Below are positions 61,417 to 61,887 of a stretch of DNA of 61,887 nucleotides, piece after piece (the first letter of the stretch is position 1; every line of letters starts with the position of its first letter). The notes beneath the pieces are model-generated. The model was not told the DNA's origin. It ran no database searches and saw only the letters and a list, made by a program, of their open reading frames with translations. The stretch covers positions 1 through 61,887 of the forward strand of contig JAZDED010000024.1 of the NCBI GenBank assembly GCA_043809145.1, written 5' to 3'. Origin of the DNA: Candidatus Omnitrophota bacterium (lineage in GTDB: Bacteria; Omnitrophota; Gorgyraeia; Gygaellales; Profunditerraquicolaceae). The position numbers were made by a program, and so were the translations under genes.

Positions 61417-61887
61417 TTATTTCAGATCCTCCAGGGATTTGAGATATTTGTAATAGTCGCTGTCAGTTGTCAAAATAACCGTAGTTTTCTTATCAATGGT
61501 GTCTTTATAGGTTTCCAGCGTCTTCATAAAGGAATAGAAATCGGGATTCTGACTGTATGCGCCGGCATAAATATTAATTGCCTCGGCGTCCGCTTTACCG
61601 GTTAAAATCTGCGCCTCGCGGTAAGCCTCCGATGTGATAGCCTTTAATTCTTTAGCTACCTTCCCCTCTATCTCAGCGGATTTACCCTGGCCTTCAGAAC
61701 GATATTTCTCCGCGGCCCGCTTTCTTTCGGCGATCATGCGGTCATAGACCTTGTTACGCACATCTTCCACATAACTTATGCGTTTGATGCGCACATCAAC
61801 GATATCAATGCCATACTGAGGGGCGAGCACCTTTGCCTTCTCCAAAATAACCCCCTCCAGCTGATCTCTCCCCACTTCAATACGCTC
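61417..61887 (-). CDS. hflC: Protease modulator HflC, 5' end outside window
   Basis: GIDIVDVRIKR, RMIAER..A..YRSEG, G.ADAEA..IYA.AY..PDFY.F..TLE.Y; frame open to window edge. Confidence 0.92.
   Translation of the reverse strand, partial: ERIEVGRDQLEGVILEKAKVLAPQYGIDIVDVRIKRISYVEDVRNKVYDRMIAERKRAAEKYRSEGQGKSAEIEGKVAKELKAITSEAYREAQILTGKADAEAINIYAGAYSQNPDFYSFMKTLETYKDTIDKKTTVILTTDSDYYKYLKSLEDLK

Overview
AT-rich bacterial chromosomal window with nearly all genes on the minus strand. Gene content suggests a PVC-group organism such as Ca. Omnitrophota (inference only). Positions 1-17 kb hold a dcw cell-division/peptidoglycan cluster (mraZ to ftsA) with a secreted HEXXH peptidase inserted between murG and murC. 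Positions 17-41 kb are housekeeping: ribF, nrnA, rbfA, tRNA nucleotidyltransferase, xerD, ligA, tRNA-Pro(CGG), an FMN-riboswitch-controlled riboflavin operon, cinA/thpR, pgpA/pgsA, rimO, rodZ, ftsK, pnp and rpsO. Positions 42-62 kb are accessory: signalling, polyamine, hcp, pyk and radical SAM genes, a methyltransferase pseudogene and partial hflC. Top leads: (1) an intact EF-G fused behind a membrane anchor and ~200-aa coiled coil, in an envelope-protein operon; (2) a coupled speD-speE-saccharopine dehydrogenase-like-SET methyltransferase operon, a candidate N-methylated polyamine pathway; (3) two identical 82-bp structured repeats alternating with different long hairpins between ribD and ribE; (4) an FMN riboswitch enlarged by three inserted stem-loop modules; (5) a tRNA 3'-end duplication flanking REP-like hairpins. 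All calls come from motif reading; no searches were run. Some start codons were moved downstream of the ORF-track start.
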